32,000 nt of DNA. Source: Breznakia sp. PF5-3. GTDB lineage: Bacteria; Bacillota_I; Bacilli_A; Erysipelotrichales; Erysipelotrichaceae. Position numbers and translations under genes: made by a program. Location of the stretch: contig NZ_JAQFIQ010000024.1 of NCBI RefSeq assembly GCF_029504745.1, positions 1-32,000 of the forward strand, read 5' to 3'. Shown here piece after piece: positions 1 to 9,674 of the stretch. The notes under the pieces were generated by a model. That model saw only the letters and a program-made list of their open reading frames with translations. It was not told the DNA's origin and ran no database searches. Numbering within the stretch: the stretch's first letter is position 1; the number at the start of each line of letters is the position of its first letter.

Positions 1-118
1 TTACATCGATATGATGTATGTGATAAACTAGTATTGTCTTTCATTAGACCCTCCTTGTTATTGTTGTAGCTGCCAGGCTACTTTCTACTATAACATGGAG
101 GTTTCTTTAAGTTCTTTT

Positions 119-147
119 ACCACCCGCATAGCAGGTGGTATTTTTTT
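119..147 (+). terminator. Rho-independent terminator, plus-strand orientation
   Basis: ACCACC (119-124) pairs with GGTGGT (134-139), with extra G126-C132 and C127-G131 pairs, followed by A then T7 (141-147). The T-run exists only on the + strand, implying a + strand transcript entering from the left edge. Confidence 0.5.
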
Positions 148-155
148 GCGATAAT

Positions 156-192
156 AAAAGCCCTGCTCACTACATTAGTAAGCAGGGCTTTT
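156..192 (-). terminator. Rho-independent terminator downstream of thrS (possibly bidirectional)
   Basis: GC-rich 8-bp stem GCCCTGCT (160-167) / AGCAGGGC (181-188) flanked by A4/T4. On the minus strand it is followed by TTTTATTAT. It lies about 90 nt after the thrS stop. Confidence 0.6.
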
Positions 193-283
193 CTATTCTT
201 CTTTAATGTGTTTACATTTGTTTTACAACTCCACACAAGGAGCAGTTGAGATTATAATCAAAGAAATACAGTTTGCACTGTCT

Positions 284-2014
284 TTACTTTTTATTCTTAA
301 TTTCATCCAACACTAAAGATATAAATTCTTCTTGTTTCAAAGTTGTTGTTTTTTGTTCACCATATCTTCGGAAACTAATTGTTTTTTCATCACGTTCAGT
401 ATCACCTAAAATTAGCATAAATGGATATTTTTGCATTTGATTCTCACGAATTCTGTATCCTAATTTTTCTTCGCGATCATCCATTTTCACACGAATACCA
501 TTTTCCATCAACAAGTCGTATACTTGTTTTGCATATTCCAAATGATATTCATTTTTTACTGGTAACACACTAACTTGACCTGGAGCTATCCATGTAGGAA
601 ATGCTCCTCCATAATGTTCTATTAAAATCCCGATAAATCGCTCAATCGAACCGAAAATTGCTCTATGCAGCATAATCGGACGTTTTTTCTCACCGTTTGC
701 ATCCACATAAGTCAAATCAAAACGTTCAGGAAGATTAGCATCTAGTTGAATTGTACCACATTGCCAACTTCTCCCTAAAGAGTCACGGATATGAAAATCT
801 AATTTTGGGCCATAAAATGCACCATCCCCAGGATTGATTTTATACTTTTTCCCTGATTTCTTAATCGCTTTCTCTAAAATAGCTTCAGATTTATCCCATG
901 CTTCGATTGTTCCTATATATTTATCTTCAGGACGAGTAGATAATTCTATACGATAATCTAAGTCAAATGTTGAATATAACCGATCAATCAACCCTAATAA
1001 TTTAATAATTTCATCTTCAATTTGTCCTTCATGCATGAAAATATGTGCATCATCCTGTGTAAACGTACGCACCCTAAATAATCCATTTAATGCTCCACTA
1101 GCTTCATGACGATGTACTTGGCCTAATTCACCTATTCGCATTGGAAGATCTTTATAAGAGTGTAATCCATTCTTATAAACCAACATTCCGCCAGGACAAT
1201 TCATAGGCTTTATAGCAAACACTTTATCATCAACTTCAGATGTATACATATTCTCTTTGTAATTTTCCCAATGACCACTTAATTCCCACAATTCTTTACT
1301 CATCATGATTGGCGTTTTAATAAATTCATACCCTTCTTTTACATGTTCTTCATACCAATAGTTTTCTAACATATTTCGAATAACCATTCCATTTGGTAAG
1401 AAAAAAGGCATGCCTGGTGCAAACTCACTCATCATAAAAATATTTAATTCTCGCCCAAGCTTTTTATGATCGCGCTTTTTTGCTTCCTCTAAAAGTGCCA
1501 AATAATCATCTAATTCTTCTTTTGTTGGAAAACATACACCATAGATTCTCTGTAAAACTTTGTTATTTTTATCACCTTTCCAATAGGCACCAGAATGTTT
1601 CATCAATTTAAAATTACGACATTCTTTAACTGTATCAACATGAGGTCCTCTACATAAATCAACGAAATCACCTTGTCGATAAATTGTAATTGTTCCATCA
1701 TCTAAATCATTGATTAAATCAATTTTATATAAATCATCTTTGAACATGTCTAATGCATCTTTCTTTGATATTTCTTCCTTAACAATACGTTTTCCGTCTT
1801 TACAAAGCTTTTTCATTTCTTTTTCAATCTTTGGAATATCTTCATCTCTAATTACATCATCACCTAGATCTATGTCGTAGTAAAAACCCTCACTTACGAC
1901 TGGTCCTACCCAAAATTTTGCATGTGGATACAAATGTTGAACAGCTTGTGCCAGTACGTGTGCACAAGAATGATTTAGCTTATTTAGATATTCATCATTC
2001 AAAAAATCAACCAT
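284..2014 (-). CDS. thrS: Threonine--tRNA ligase (ThrRS), short form lacking the N-terminal TGS domain
   Basis: 576-aa ORF. Editing-domain strings HSCAHVLAQAV and DLCRGPHV. Class II catalytic and Zn-site strings PMNCPGG, FTQDDAHIF, MLHRAIFGS. AGGAGG 8 nt upstream of the ATG. A Thr-type T-box leader lies directly upstream. Confidence 0.95.
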   Translation of the reverse strand: MVDFLNDEYLNKLNHSCAHVLAQAVQHLYPHAKFWVGPVVSEGFYYDIDLGDDVIRDEDIPKIEKEMKKLCKDGKRIVKEEISKKDALDMFKDDLYKIDLINDLDDGTITIYRQGDFVDLCRGPHVDTVKECRNFKLMKHSGAYWKGDKNNKVLQRIYGVCFPTKEELDDYLALLEEAKKRDHKKLGRELNIFMMSEFAPGMPFFLPNGMVIRNMLENYWYEEHVKEGYEFIKTPIMMSKELWELSGHWENYKENMYTSEVDDKVFAIKPMNCPGGMLVYKNGLHSYKDLPMRIGELGQVHRHEASGALNGLFRVRTFTQDDAHIFMHEGQIEDEIIKLLGLIDRLYSTFDLDYRIELSTRPEDKYIGTIEAWDKSEAILEKAIKKSGKKYKINPGDGAFYGPKLDFHIRDSLGRSWQCGTIQLDANLPERFDLTYVDANGEKKRPIMLHRAIFGSIERFIGILIEHYGGAFPTWIAPGQVSVLPVKNEYHLEYAKQVYDLLMENGIRVKMDDREEKLGYRIRENQMQKYPFMLILGDTERDEKTISFRRYGEQKTTTLKQEEFISLVLDEIKNKK

Positions 2015-2029
2015 TTTCTTTTCCTCCTA

Positions 2030-2250
2030 ATATAAATAAAAGTCTCATCGCCAAAGGACGCTGAGACTTACGTGGTACCACCTTATTTTGTGTAATTAAT
2101 ACACCTCTTGCAGAAGTAACGCCTGCTACACGGTACACCTTTTCAGGGACAGCTCAAAGGGAGTAAATCTAAATTATCTCAAGAAGTTTTCACCACCACT
2201 TCTCTCTCTGCATCAACGAAATAGATTCATATCCTTTTCATAGCTTTTAT
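2030..2250 (-). promoter_or_regulatory. T-box leader (tRNA-sensing transcription attenuator), probable Thr (ACU) specifier
   Basis: Read on the minus strand. Stem I base has a K-turn-like arrangement: GC-UAUGA-AAAGG (2244-2233) against CCUUU-GA-GC (2160-2152). There is an AG-rich bulge AGAGAGAG and an apical hairpin GAAGU-GGUGGUGAAA-ACUUC. ACU at 2164-2162 sits immediately 5' of the lower helix, which is the specifier position. An F-box-like GCGUUA and a small Stem III (GUGUA/UACAC) follow. The T-box sequence is AAUAAGGUGGUACCACG (2087-2071). The terminator is AGUCUCA...UGAGACU (2068-2041) followed by UUUAUUUAU, then the thrS RBS. Confidence 0.8.
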
Positions 2251-2257
2251 ACTTTAT

Positions 2258-2286
2258 TTTATACAACAAATAATCAAATTCGTCAA
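2258..2286 (-). promoter_or_regulatory. Candidate sigma-A promoter for the T-box leader and thrS
   Basis: Minus strand TTGACG (2286-2281), 17-nt spacer, TATAAA (2263-2258). The predicted start lies a few nt before Stem I. Confidence 0.45.
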
Positions 2287-2320
2287 CTATTTAAGATTTT
2301 ACTCAATATATGCAAGAACA

Positions 2321-3163
2321 TTAGCATTTAATTATTTCTAAATAGCGTTTTAAAGCATCTTTCCAATCTGGCAACCGCTTAAAATTGTGTTTATCTAATT
2401 CACCTTTATTCATTCGCGAGTTATTTGGTCGTTTTGCTTTGACAGGAAACTCATCACTATTTACAGGAATAACTTTTACATCTATATTTGCTTGCCTAAA
2501 TATTTCACAAGCAAAATCATACCAACTGCATATTCCTTCATTGCTTGCATGATATGTTCCATAAGCTTCACTTTGTATCATATCAACAGCTAAGATTGCC
2601 AAGTCATAAGTATATGTTGGTGATCCAATTTGATCATCCACAACTTTTATTTCAGGATATGTGCTTCCAAGTTGCAACATTTTTTTCACAAAATTATTGC
2701 CATTCACTCCAAAAACCCAGGAAATTCGGATAATAAAATGTTTCTTATATTTCTCTACATCAAGCTCTGAACGATATTTTGAATCACCATAAATATTTAA
2801 TGGCTCCCTTTTATCATACTCTTTCCAATATGCTTCTCCTTGACCATTAAAAACATAATCTGTAGAAAAATACATGATTGGAATATTTAATTTCTCACAT
2901 ACATCCAAAACATTTTTTGTACCTTCGACATTAATCTTATAGCAAAGTTCTGAATTATCTTCTGCTTGATCAACTGCAGTATATGCTGCACAATGAATTA
3001 CTGCGTCATAATTTCCTTGCGTAATTACTTGTTGTACTTGCTTTGAATTAGTAATATCCATTTCTTCAATATCTACTCCAACTGCATTAATCCCTCTTTT
3101 CTGTGCTTCATTGACAATATCATAACCTAACTGTCCTTTATAACCCGTTACTAGCAATTTCAT
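2321..3163 (-). CDS. rmlD: dTDP-4-dehydrorhamnose reductase
   Basis: 280 aa. N-terminal Rossmann motif MKLLVTGYKGQLG and catalytic YxxxK (YGDSKYRSE). Overall RmlD-like length and layout. The other rml genes are in the same locus. Confidence 0.9.
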   Translation of the reverse strand: MKLLVTGYKGQLGYDIVNEAQKRGINAVGVDIEEMDITNSKQVQQVITQGNYDAVIHCAAYTAVDQAEDNSELCYKINVEGTKNVLDVCEKLNIPIMYFSTDYVFNGQGEAYWKEYDKREPLNIYGDSKYRSELDVEKYKKHFIIRISWVFGVNGNNFVKKMLQLGSTYPEIKVVDDQIGSPTYTYDLAILAVDMIQSEAYGTYHASNEGICSWYDFACEIFRQANIDVKVIPVNSDEFPVKAKRPNNSRMNKGELDKHNFKRLPDWKDALKRYLEIIKC

Positions 3164-3192
3164 ATTTATTCACCTCTCACCACTTTATTTAT

Positions 3193-4071
3193 TTAAAATC
3201 TTTTTAAAACTCGATTATATACCAACAAAATAATAACATCTGCATTTCTTAAATTGAAAATCAATTTAGAACCCCCCGTTTGTATTCCTAATTTTTGTAT
3301 GCGATATTTCACAACACGCTTAGAAAAAAAAGATAAATTAGCATTTTCTAAAATATTTACAAACATTTGTCTCATATCTTCTTTCAATAATGGATGCATT
3401 TCACCTGTAGAAACACCATTCATATCGTAACGAATAAAAAGATCATTAACAAATTGTATAGAAATATTATTTTCTAGCAATTTAATATAATAAGGACAAT
3501 CTTCTAATAACTTGTATTGTTCATCAAAGTATCCATATTTTTGAAAAACATCTTTCTTATAATAAGTACATGAACCACTTATCAAATCTGCATATTTATA
3601 TAGATGTTGCAATATTTTTTTAGAATCCTTTTTTAATATTTTAATTTGATATTTAGTAGGATAACTTCTTGCTTTTAAAGGTCGAATTCCTTCACGCACC
3701 CCCGTGATAACCAATGCTTTACAATTTTGAAATTCTTCATTAACCCTGCTTAAAACATTTGATGAATAGAATTCATCTCCGCACGATAAAGGAATAATAT
3801 AACTACCATTTGCCATTTTAATAAGTTTATTGAAATGCTTTACAGTCCCTATATTATTCTCGTTATGATTTATAATCACTTGTTTTGTTTTTTGTTGACA
3901 TTTTAATGCAATGGATTGCATTTTTCTTTTATCATAATTTTTTGAACAATCATCACTTATGATGATTTCAATATTTTTATATGTTTGTGAAAGAATTGAT
4001 TCAATTGTTTTGTCCAATAAAACTTCGTTATTATAGCACATAACAATGACACTCATTAATTGCTCATCCAT
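3193..4071 (-). CDS. Glycosyltransferase family 2
   Basis: 292 aa. GT-A N-terminus SVIVMCYNNEVLLDKTIESILSQTY...IIISDDCS. Contains a G6 run (3272-3277) near the 3' end. Confidence 0.8.
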   Translation of the reverse strand: MDEQLMSVIVMCYNNEVLLDKTIESILSQTYKNIEIIISDDCSKNYDKRKMQSIALKCQQKTKQVIINHNENNIGTVKHFNKLIKMANGSYIIPLSCGDEFYSSNVLSRVNEEFQNCKALVITGVREGIRPLKARSYPTKYQIKILKKDSKKILQHLYKYADLISGSCTYYKKDVFQKYGYFDEQYKLLEDCPYYIKLLENNISIQFVNDLFIRYDMNGVSTGEMHPLLKEDMRQMFVNILENANLSFFSKRVVKYRIQKLGIQTGGSKLIFNLRNADVIILLVYNRVLKRF

Positions 4072-4093
4072 ACTGTTCTCCTATTCATATATA

Positions 4094-5047
4094 CTACCTT
4101 CTTGCAAAGGAAAGCAAAAACTTAAATAAAAAATTCGGAATAAATTTCATAACAATTTCAAACTTCACAAGGTCAGGTGCCAAATACCGATACTTTATAA
4201 GTTTACGAATATTCTTATTCTTTCTCGCATATGCAAAATCTTTGATTTCTTCTAAGTCTTTGTGATTTGGATATTTTCTTTCCAAATCCTCTATTTTTCT
4301 AATTGAATTTTCGACTCGTTTTTGGACGTAATCTTGTTTGGAATTAATGTTTGGCAATATGCCACTTACGTTATTTCCATGTCTTCGATATTGAACTAAT
4401 GCCTCATTCAGAAAAGCTACTTTACCTTCCGTACTTGCACATGACAACAGCCATGTATCATGTGCGGTAACACCAGATAATGGAAGGGTACTTCTAGCAA
4501 AATCACCTCGAGCAACAATACTCATTCCAACAGCATAAGTAACAAAAATATTGTATTTTGCAATATCATCATATGTTTGCCAAGAATCATAATTTTTATG
4601 ATTATATTTTCTTACACTATCGCGTATTATATTATCTTTTCCATCAATTATTTGGCGATCTGATGCAACCAATAAAGTATCCGTATCATTGAGATATTGT
4701 ACACATTTTTCGATCTTATTTGGCATCCAAATGTCATCTTGGTCACAAAATGCTATATATTCCCCTTTGGAAGCTTCTAGTAACTTTCCAAAAGCTAAAA
4801 TATAATTCAAATTTTTTTCTTCGTAGGGAAGTAATTCATAAGAAAAATTAGTTATGTATTCTTTAAAAATCAAAGGATCTGTTCGCTTATCAACACAATC
4901 ATCAAATACATATATTTTAATATTCGTATATGTTTGTTGATTTATAGATATTAGCTGTTTCTTCAAATAATCTAAATTAGGATTATATACAGAAAGTAAT
5001 ATATCAACTCGCCCTCTTTTCACTACTATCACCTCCACACTCATCAC
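4094..5047 (-). CDS. Glycosyltransferase family 2 (DQDD-W type, rhamnosyltransferase-like)
   Basis: 317 aa. Motifs VDILLSVYNPNLDYLKKQLISINQQTY, VFDDCVD, FCDQDDIWMPNK. The start is uncertain: a GTG at 5023 preceded by GGAGGTGA is an alternative. Confidence 0.8.
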   Translation of the reverse strand: MMSVEVIVVKRGRVDILLSVYNPNLDYLKKQLISINQQTYTNIKIYVFDDCVDKRTDPLIFKEYITNFSYELLPYEEKNLNYILAFGKLLEASKGEYIAFCDQDDIWMPNKIEKCVQYLNDTDTLLVASDRQIIDGKDNIIRDSVRKYNHKNYDSWQTYDDIAKYNIFVTYAVGMSIVARGDFARSTLPLSGVTAHDTWLLSCASTEGKVAFLNEALVQYRRHGNNVSGILPNINSKQDYVQKRVENSIRKIEDLERKYPNHKDLEEIKDFAYARKNKNIRKLIKYRYLAPDLVKFEIVMKFIPNFLFKFLLSFARR

Positions 5048-5073
5048 AAAGCAAAGAATATAAGTTTTAAAAC

Positions 5074-6102
5074 TTATATTCTTCCTTTTTCTTTATACAT
5101 TTTATCAAAATATTCTTGATATTCACCACTTAAAATATTTTGCCACCATTCTTTATTATCCAAATACCACTGGATCGTTTGCTGTATTCCTGTATCAAAA
5201 TTATACTTAGGTTTCCAACCTAATTCTGTTTCTAATTTTTTGGGATCAATCGCATAACGCATATCATGTCCTTTTCTATCTTCTACAAAATTAATTAAAG
5301 ATTCTGGACGATCTAACGCCTTTAATATAGTCTTTACAACCTCAAGATTTGTTCTTTCATTATGTCCACCCACATTATATACTTCGCCATCTTTTCCTTT
5401 TCGGATTATTAAATCAATTGCTACACAATGATCATACACATGCAACCAATCTCTAACATTATCCCCTTTTCCATAAACTGGTAGACTTTCATTGTCAAGT
5501 GCCCGAGCAATCATTAAGGGGATTAGTTTTTCCGGAAAATGGTATGGCCCATAATTATTTGAACATCTGCTAATTGTAACTGGCAACCCAAATGTCCGTT
5601 GATATGCTAATACAAATAAATCAGCTGCTGCTTTTGCACTACTATAAGGACTAGATGTATGTAACGGTGTCTCTTCAGTAAAAAACAAATCTGGGCGATC
5701 TAATGGTAAATCTCCATAAACTTCATCAGTAGATACTTGATGATAACGTTTAACACCATATTCTTTTGAAGCATCTAAAAGAGTTGTTGTTCCCATTACA
5801 TTCGTTTTTACAAAAATTTCTGGATTTTCAATACTTCTATCAACATGTGATTCTGCAGCAAAATTGACTACTACATCAAATTTTTCTTTTTTGAATAAAT
5901 CAAAAATAAAATCACGATCAGCAATATCTCCTTTTACAAATTTATAATTCGGTTTGTTTTCTACGGATTTTAGTGTTTCCAAATTCCCTGCATAGGTTAG
6001 CAAGTCTAAGCACACAATTTCATCCTCTGGATATGTGTCCACCATATAATGAACAAAATTCCCTCCAATAAAGCCAGCTCCGCCTGTTACTAAAAATTTC
6101 AT
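5074..6102 (-). CDS. rmlB: dTDP-glucose 4,6-dehydratase
   Basis: MKFLVTGGAGFIGGNF, SSPYSSAKAAADL (YxxxK), typical RmlB length. I take the start as the ATG at 6102 (AAGGAGA upstream). It lies 1 nt after the rmlC stop. The longer ORF-track start at 6174 would overlap rmlC. Confidence 0.95.
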   Translation of the reverse strand: MKFLVTGGAGFIGGNFVHYMVDTYPEDEIVCLDLLTYAGNLETLKSVENKPNYKFVKGDIADRDFIFDLFKKEKFDVVVNFAAESHVDRSIENPEIFVKTNVMGTTTLLDASKEYGVKRYHQVSTDEVYGDLPLDRPDLFFTEETPLHTSSPYSSAKAAADLFVLAYQRTFGLPVTISRCSNNYGPYHFPEKLIPLMIARALDNESLPVYGKGDNVRDWLHVYDHCVAIDLIIRKGKDGEVYNVGGHNERTNLEVVKTILKALDRPESLINFVEDRKGHDMRYAIDPKKLETELGWKPKYNFDTGIQQTIQWYLDNKEWWQNILSGEYQEYFDKMYKEKGRI

Positions 6103-6103
6103 A

Positions 6104-6679
6104 TTATTTGTCTCCTTCGTAAATAAAATTACAATCACTCTCTTCAAGTGTTGGGCCAGATATATCTTTCTCACTTAAAATAGGTTCAATTCCATTCAAT
6201 AGCTGTCCCCAATCAACCCCAATGCTAGGATCATCATATCGAATTCCTCGATCACATTCTTTAGAATATTCGGAATCTACTTTATATTGAAATTCTACAT
6301 CATCGCTCAAACATAAAAATCCATGTGCAAACCCTTTGGGTATAAATAACATTTTCTTATTTTCATCACTCAATTCAACACTTACCCATTGCTTATATGT
6401 TGGACTTCCCTTTCGAATATCTACAGCTACATCTACAACCTTTCCGCGCGTACAACGCACAAGCTTTGCTTGAGCATGTGGATTGTTTTGAAAATGAAGT
6501 CCTCTTAATGTTCCTCTTTTTTGCGACATAGAATGATTATCTTGAACAAAATCATTTTTTATTCCTAAATCCGAAAATTTAGTAGCAGAGTAAGTTTCCA
6601 TAAACCAACCCCTATGATCACCAAAACAGTCTGGTTCAACAATCAAGACTTCTGGTAAATCTGTTTTTATAACTTTCAT
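6104..6679 (-). CDS. rmlC: dTDP-4-dehydrorhamnose 3,5-epimerase
   Basis: 191-aa cupin. Motifs GDHRGWFMETY, LRGLHFQ, FIPKGFAHGF. Its start abuts the rmlA stop. Confidence 0.95.
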   Translation of the reverse strand: MKVIKTDLPEVLIVEPDCFGDHRGWFMETYSATKFSDLGIKNDFVQDNHSMSQKRGTLRGLHFQNNPHAQAKLVRCTRGKVVDVAVDIRKGSPTYKQWVSVELSDENKKMLFIPKGFAHGFLCLSDDVEFQYKVDSEYSKECDRGIRYDDPSIGVDWGQLLNGIEPILSEKDISGPTLEESDCNFIYEGDK

Positions 6680-7570
6680 TTATTTAACCTCTTTATCAAT
6701 ATACTTACGATCTAAAATCTTTTTAAGATACTTTCCATACTGATTTTTCTTATAAATATCATAAATCGTATTTAATTCATCATGATTAATCCAACCATTA
6801 TCATATGCAATTTCTTCAAGACATGCAATCTTTCTATTTTGATGTGTTTCAATAGTATGTACAAAATTTGCTGCATCTATAAGAGATTCATGTGTTCCTG
6901 TATCTAACCATGTGAATCCATCTCCTAATAGAGTCACATTTAATTCATCATTTTCTAAATAAATTCTATTTAAATCTGTAATTTCTAACTCACCACGTTC
7001 ACTAGGTTTTAAGGCTTTTGCATACTCTACCACTTTATTATCATAGAAATATAGACCTGTTACTGCATAGTTCGATTTAGGTTTCTTTGGTTTTTCTTCC
7101 AATGATTTTGCTTTTCCACCTTCATCAAATTCTACCACGCCAAACCGCTCTGGGTCTTCCACATAATATCCAAATACAGTAGCACCTTTTTCCTTTTCAA
7201 CTGCTGCTCGTAAACGTTTTGTTAGTCCATGCCCATGGAAAATATTATCTCCTAGAATCATAGCACAGCTATCATTAGCTATAAATTCTTCACCAATAAT
7301 AAAAGCTTGTGCTAAGCCATCAGGTGAAGGTTGAACTTTGTAGCTTAATTCAATCCCAAACTGATTCCCATCACCTAGCAATTCTTTAAACCTAGGAGTA
7401 TCTTCTGGGGTAGAAATAATTAATATTTCTTTTATACCTGCACTCATTAAAATAGATAAGGGATAATAAATCATTGGTTTATCATAAATAGGTAATAATT
7501 GCTTACTTGTTACTTTTGTAAGTGGATATAATCTAGTCCCACTTCCACCTGCTAAAACTATTCCTTTCAT
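6680..7570 (-). CDS. rmlA: Glucose-1-phosphate thymidylyltransferase
   Basis: [18 protein letters not shown]... with RmlA-like sequence throughout. I take the start as the ATG at 7570 (AAAGGAGA upstream). The 26-codon N-terminal extension in the ORF track is unsupported. Confidence 0.95.
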   Translation of the reverse strand: MKGIVLAGGSGTRLYPLTKVTSKQLLPIYDKPMIYYPLSILMSAGIKEILIISTPEDTPRFKELLGDGNQFGIELSYKVQPSPDGLAQAFIIGEEFIANDSCAMILGDNIFHGHGLTKRLRAAVEKEKGATVFGYYVEDPERFGVVEFDEGGKAKSLEEKPKKPKSNYAVTGLYFYDNKVVEYAKALKPSERGELEITDLNRIYLENDELNVTLLGDGFTWLDTGTHESLIDAANFVHTIETHQNRKIACLEEIAYDNGWINHDELNTIYDIYKKNQYGKYLKKILDRKYIDKEVK

Positions 7571-7646
7571 AGTTTGTCTCCTTTTTAATATATTGTTATA
7601 TTTTTCAAAATAAAACTTCTTAGAAAAAGCAAAATCTTTCCACAAC

Positions 7647-7676
7647 ATTATACTATATTTATAACTCTTATAGCAA
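7647..7676 (-). promoter_or_regulatory. Candidate sigma-A promoter for rmlA-rmlC-rmlB and downstream genes
   Basis: Minus strand TTGCTA (7676-7671), 18-nt spacer, TATAAT (7652-7647), in the 128-bp gap after the flippase gene. Confidence 0.4.
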
Positions 7677-7698
7677 TAATGGATAAGGATATAAAGAA

Positions 7699-9168
7699 TT
7701 ATTTCATATTTCTTATTACTCTAATAACCTCTACAATCTTACTCCTAAAGATATATAGTAGAATAAACATAATTACCATAAAACCATATCTAAGCATATT
7801 ATCTGTATACAAAAACAAAATAACAACATTACCAATTAAAAACAAAGTAGAGATTATGATAATGGACTTTAAATCATAAATACTTCCGGTTTGATAATTT
7901 TCAATATTTTGAGCACATACTTTTTCCATATAATAAATGTTCATAATTGCATAGAGAATGTAGGAAAATAATGTAACATAACCCGCTGCCAAGTAGCCAA
8001 ATATTTTTATTCCAATATAATTAAATACAACATTTACAATTGCAGCAGTAATAGATGATTTTACCATATAAGATTTTTTCTCATAATAAAACATAACATT
8101 GATGCTCATTTGAGATAGAAACAAAAACAGCATACTCCCTGCAACTGGAGGAACAATCCATATAGCTTCTACATAATTTGCTCCGCCTAACAACGCAATT
8201 GCTTCAGGTCCAAAGAAAATTAATAAAATTAGTAATGTTGCTACAAACATAATTAGCATATTTGATACTTTCTTCAAAGGCGCATAATTTTTCTCCTTAA
8301 TTCTATTATACATCCAAGGAACATAAGAATTATTGATTGCGGTCATCACAAAAGAAAGTAAAATGGAAAATTGAAAAGCAAATCCGTAAATCCCCGCTTT
8401 ATCGCGTCCGCTCATTTGACTAATCATAATTCTGTCTGATTGATTAAAAATCACTTCTGACAAATAATAAGGAATAAGCGGGATATTAAATGTCAGTGCA
8501 TATTTCCAATATTTTTTCGAGAATATTTTCTTTCCACGTTTCAAATTCAGAAAAAAGAATAGGACACCAAATATAATATATATAAGGGCATTTGAGACAA
8601 TTCTTGCACTCCCTTTATCATCTAATGAAAGTACAGCTATTACACCTAACACAGATGATAAAATAGTTATTGTTAATGTTACAAATATCATCGAGCGATA
8701 ATGAAATGAAAACCTTTCTTTCGAACTCCAAAAAGCCACAAAAGCATGTCCAAGAATTTCTAATAACATTACAACAAAAAGAAGCATCGGAATCTCAAGA
8801 ATATTGCTCCAAAAAGAAGGATTAATTAAATATATGAGGAATACAAAAAAAGACAATACCAAACATAAACCTTGAATCGATGATATATATGTATCACGAT
8901 CTTTATCAAACTTAGACATTGCTGTATTAAATGAACCATATTGTAAATTTAGTGTAGTAAAAATCATAACAATCCCTAACCAAGAATTATAAATGGTGTA
9001 TTGCCCATATTGATCTGTTGTTAACAAACGAGTAAAAATAGGAAGAGTTAAAAAAGCAATACCTCTTTGGAGAATACTACTTATGGTATACCATATAGAA
9101 GCTTTTACTTCGACTGGCAAACCTATATATTTATTTAATGCTGATTTAATTTTATTCATTATATTCAT
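7699..9168 (-). CDS. Wzx-family (MOP superfamily) oligosaccharide / polyprenyl-sugar flippase
   Basis: 489 aa and about 12-14 hydrophobic spans. The N-terminus ...[35 protein letters not shown] is typical of RfbX/Wzx proteins. The start is either 9168 or 9159. Confidence 0.8.
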   Translation of the reverse strand: MNIMNKIKSALNKYIGLPVEVKASIWYTISSILQRGIAFLTLPIFTRLLTTDQYGQYTIYNSWLGIVMIFTTLNLQYGSFNTAMSKFDKDRDTYISSIQGLCLVLSFFVFLIYLINPSFWSNILEIPMLLFVVMLLEILGHAFVAFWSSKERFSFHYRSMIFVTLTITILSSVLGVIAVLSLDDKGSARIVSNALIYIIFGVLFFFLNLKRGKKIFSKKYWKYALTFNIPLIPYYLSEVIFNQSDRIMISQMSGRDKAGIYGFAFQFSILLSFVMTAINNSYVPWMYNRIKEKNYAPLKKVSNMLIMFVATLLILLIFFGPEAIALLGGANYVEAIWIVPPVAGSMLFLFLSQMSINVMFYYEKKSYMVKSSITAAIVNVVFNYIGIKIFGYLAAGYVTLFSYILYAIMNIYYMEKVCAQNIENYQTGSIYDLKSIIIISTLFLIGNVVILFLYTDNMLRYGFMVIMFILLYIFRSKIVEVIRVIRNMK

Positions 9169-9658
9169 CCTTTAACAAGCCATACCATAGTAAATCATGA
9201 TATCCCAAATCGTTATGTAAATGATTTCTAAACTTACCTTCATAAACAAAACCAAATTTTTCATAAAACCGATTAGCTCTTTTATTTATATTCAAAACAC
9301 ATAAATAAATCCGATCCAATTGTAATTCATTAAATGCATATTTTAAAATTTGTTCAGTGGCTAAGGCCGCAATTCCTTTTCCTTTAGCAATATCACGAAT
9401 ACTTATTGCATATTCAGCATTTTTATTCTTTTGATCTATATTTTTCAAAGAAATCGTTCCCAAATATTCATCATTTTCCTCAACAATTGCAAAATGTTGA
9501 TTCGTTTGTGAATATGAATGTTCAATAAAATTTTCGACATCTTCTTTTTTCATAGAAGTGAAATTTGTTTGAAAAATATCATTATTAACACGATTATGCA
9601 TCCATTCCAACATCAAAGGTGCATCTTCTTTTTTTAACCGTCTCAACATAACCATCAT
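9152..9658 (-). CDS. GNAT-family N-acyltransferase, PseH/RimL-like; probable nucleotide-amino-sugar N-acetyltransferase
   Basis: Pattern LRRLKKEDAPLMLEWMHN...YLGTISLKNID...AEYAISI...KGKGIA...RANRFYEKFGF matches the GNAT fold and the PseH-like layout. The start is ambiguous (ATG at 9685, 9658 or 9655). The gene is translationally nested between the aminotransferase and flippase genes. Confidence 0.7.
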   Translation of the reverse strand: MMVMLRRLKKEDAPLMLEWMHNRVNNDIFQTNFTSMKKEDVENFIEHSYSQTNQHFAIVEENDEYLGTISLKNIDQKNKNAEYAISIRDIAKGKGIAALATEQILKYAFNELQLDRIYLCVLNINKRANRFYEKFGFVYEGKFRNHLHNDLGYHDLLWYGLLKDEYNE

Positions 9659-9674
9659 TGTACCTCTTCTCTTT

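Noticed and set aside
1-69. Partial gene at the left edge. One option is a minus-strand start (AAGGAGGGTCTA-ATG at 45, MKDNTSLSHTSYRC...). The other is the 3' end of a plus-strand ORF open in frame 1 up to the TAG at 67-69.
   Set aside because: Fewer than 25 codons are visible on either strand, so no call is possible. The plus-oriented terminator at 119-147 favours a plus-strand gene, while the strong SD favours the minus-strand start. I checked for infC, which often follows thrS, but the N-terminus does not look like IF3.
2129-2139. A second T-box-like string GGUGUACCGUG about 50 nt upstream of the real T-box sequence, raising the idea of a tandem T-box.
   Set aside because: There is only one Stem I, one specifier and one terminator. 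The string falls where Stem II and the F-box region are expected, so a single T-box leader explains it.
2545-2733. Plus-strand ORFs from the six-frame track nested antisense in minus-strand genes. Examples: 2545-2733, 7679-7879, 10326-10988, 13452-13694, 14462-14656, 15838-16026, 16419-16670, 17909-18091, 21339-21527, 22062-22292, 23084-23619, 25506-25781, 26251-26517 and 27501-27941. Same-strand out-of-frame ORFs 13415-13639, 25731-25928, 30124-30327 and 30428-30860 belong in the same group.
   Set aside because: All lie inside well-supported CDSs with strong family motifs. They have no RBS and give low-complexity Leu/Phe/Ile/Ser-rich translations, as expected from reading AT-rich coding DNA in the wrong frame.
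3314-3321. A/T homopolymers of 8-9 nt inside coding regions, for example A8 near 3314-3321 and T8 near 21646-21653, considered as phase-variation tracts.
   Set aside because: Runs of this length are common in such AT-rich sequence and encode Lys/Phe stretches. Unlike the G7 tract, they are not compositionally surprising.
5074-7648. N-terminal extensions in the ORF track: rmlB to 6174, rmlA to 7648, GT2-GT4 to 18740, Alg13-like to 25699, RlmB-like from 30167, and the last ORF to 31997.
   Set aside because: Each has an internal ATG preceded by a good SD that begins exactly at the conserved family N-terminus. Several of the extensions (rmlB, GT2-GT4, Alg13-like, RlmB-like) would also overlap the upstream gene.
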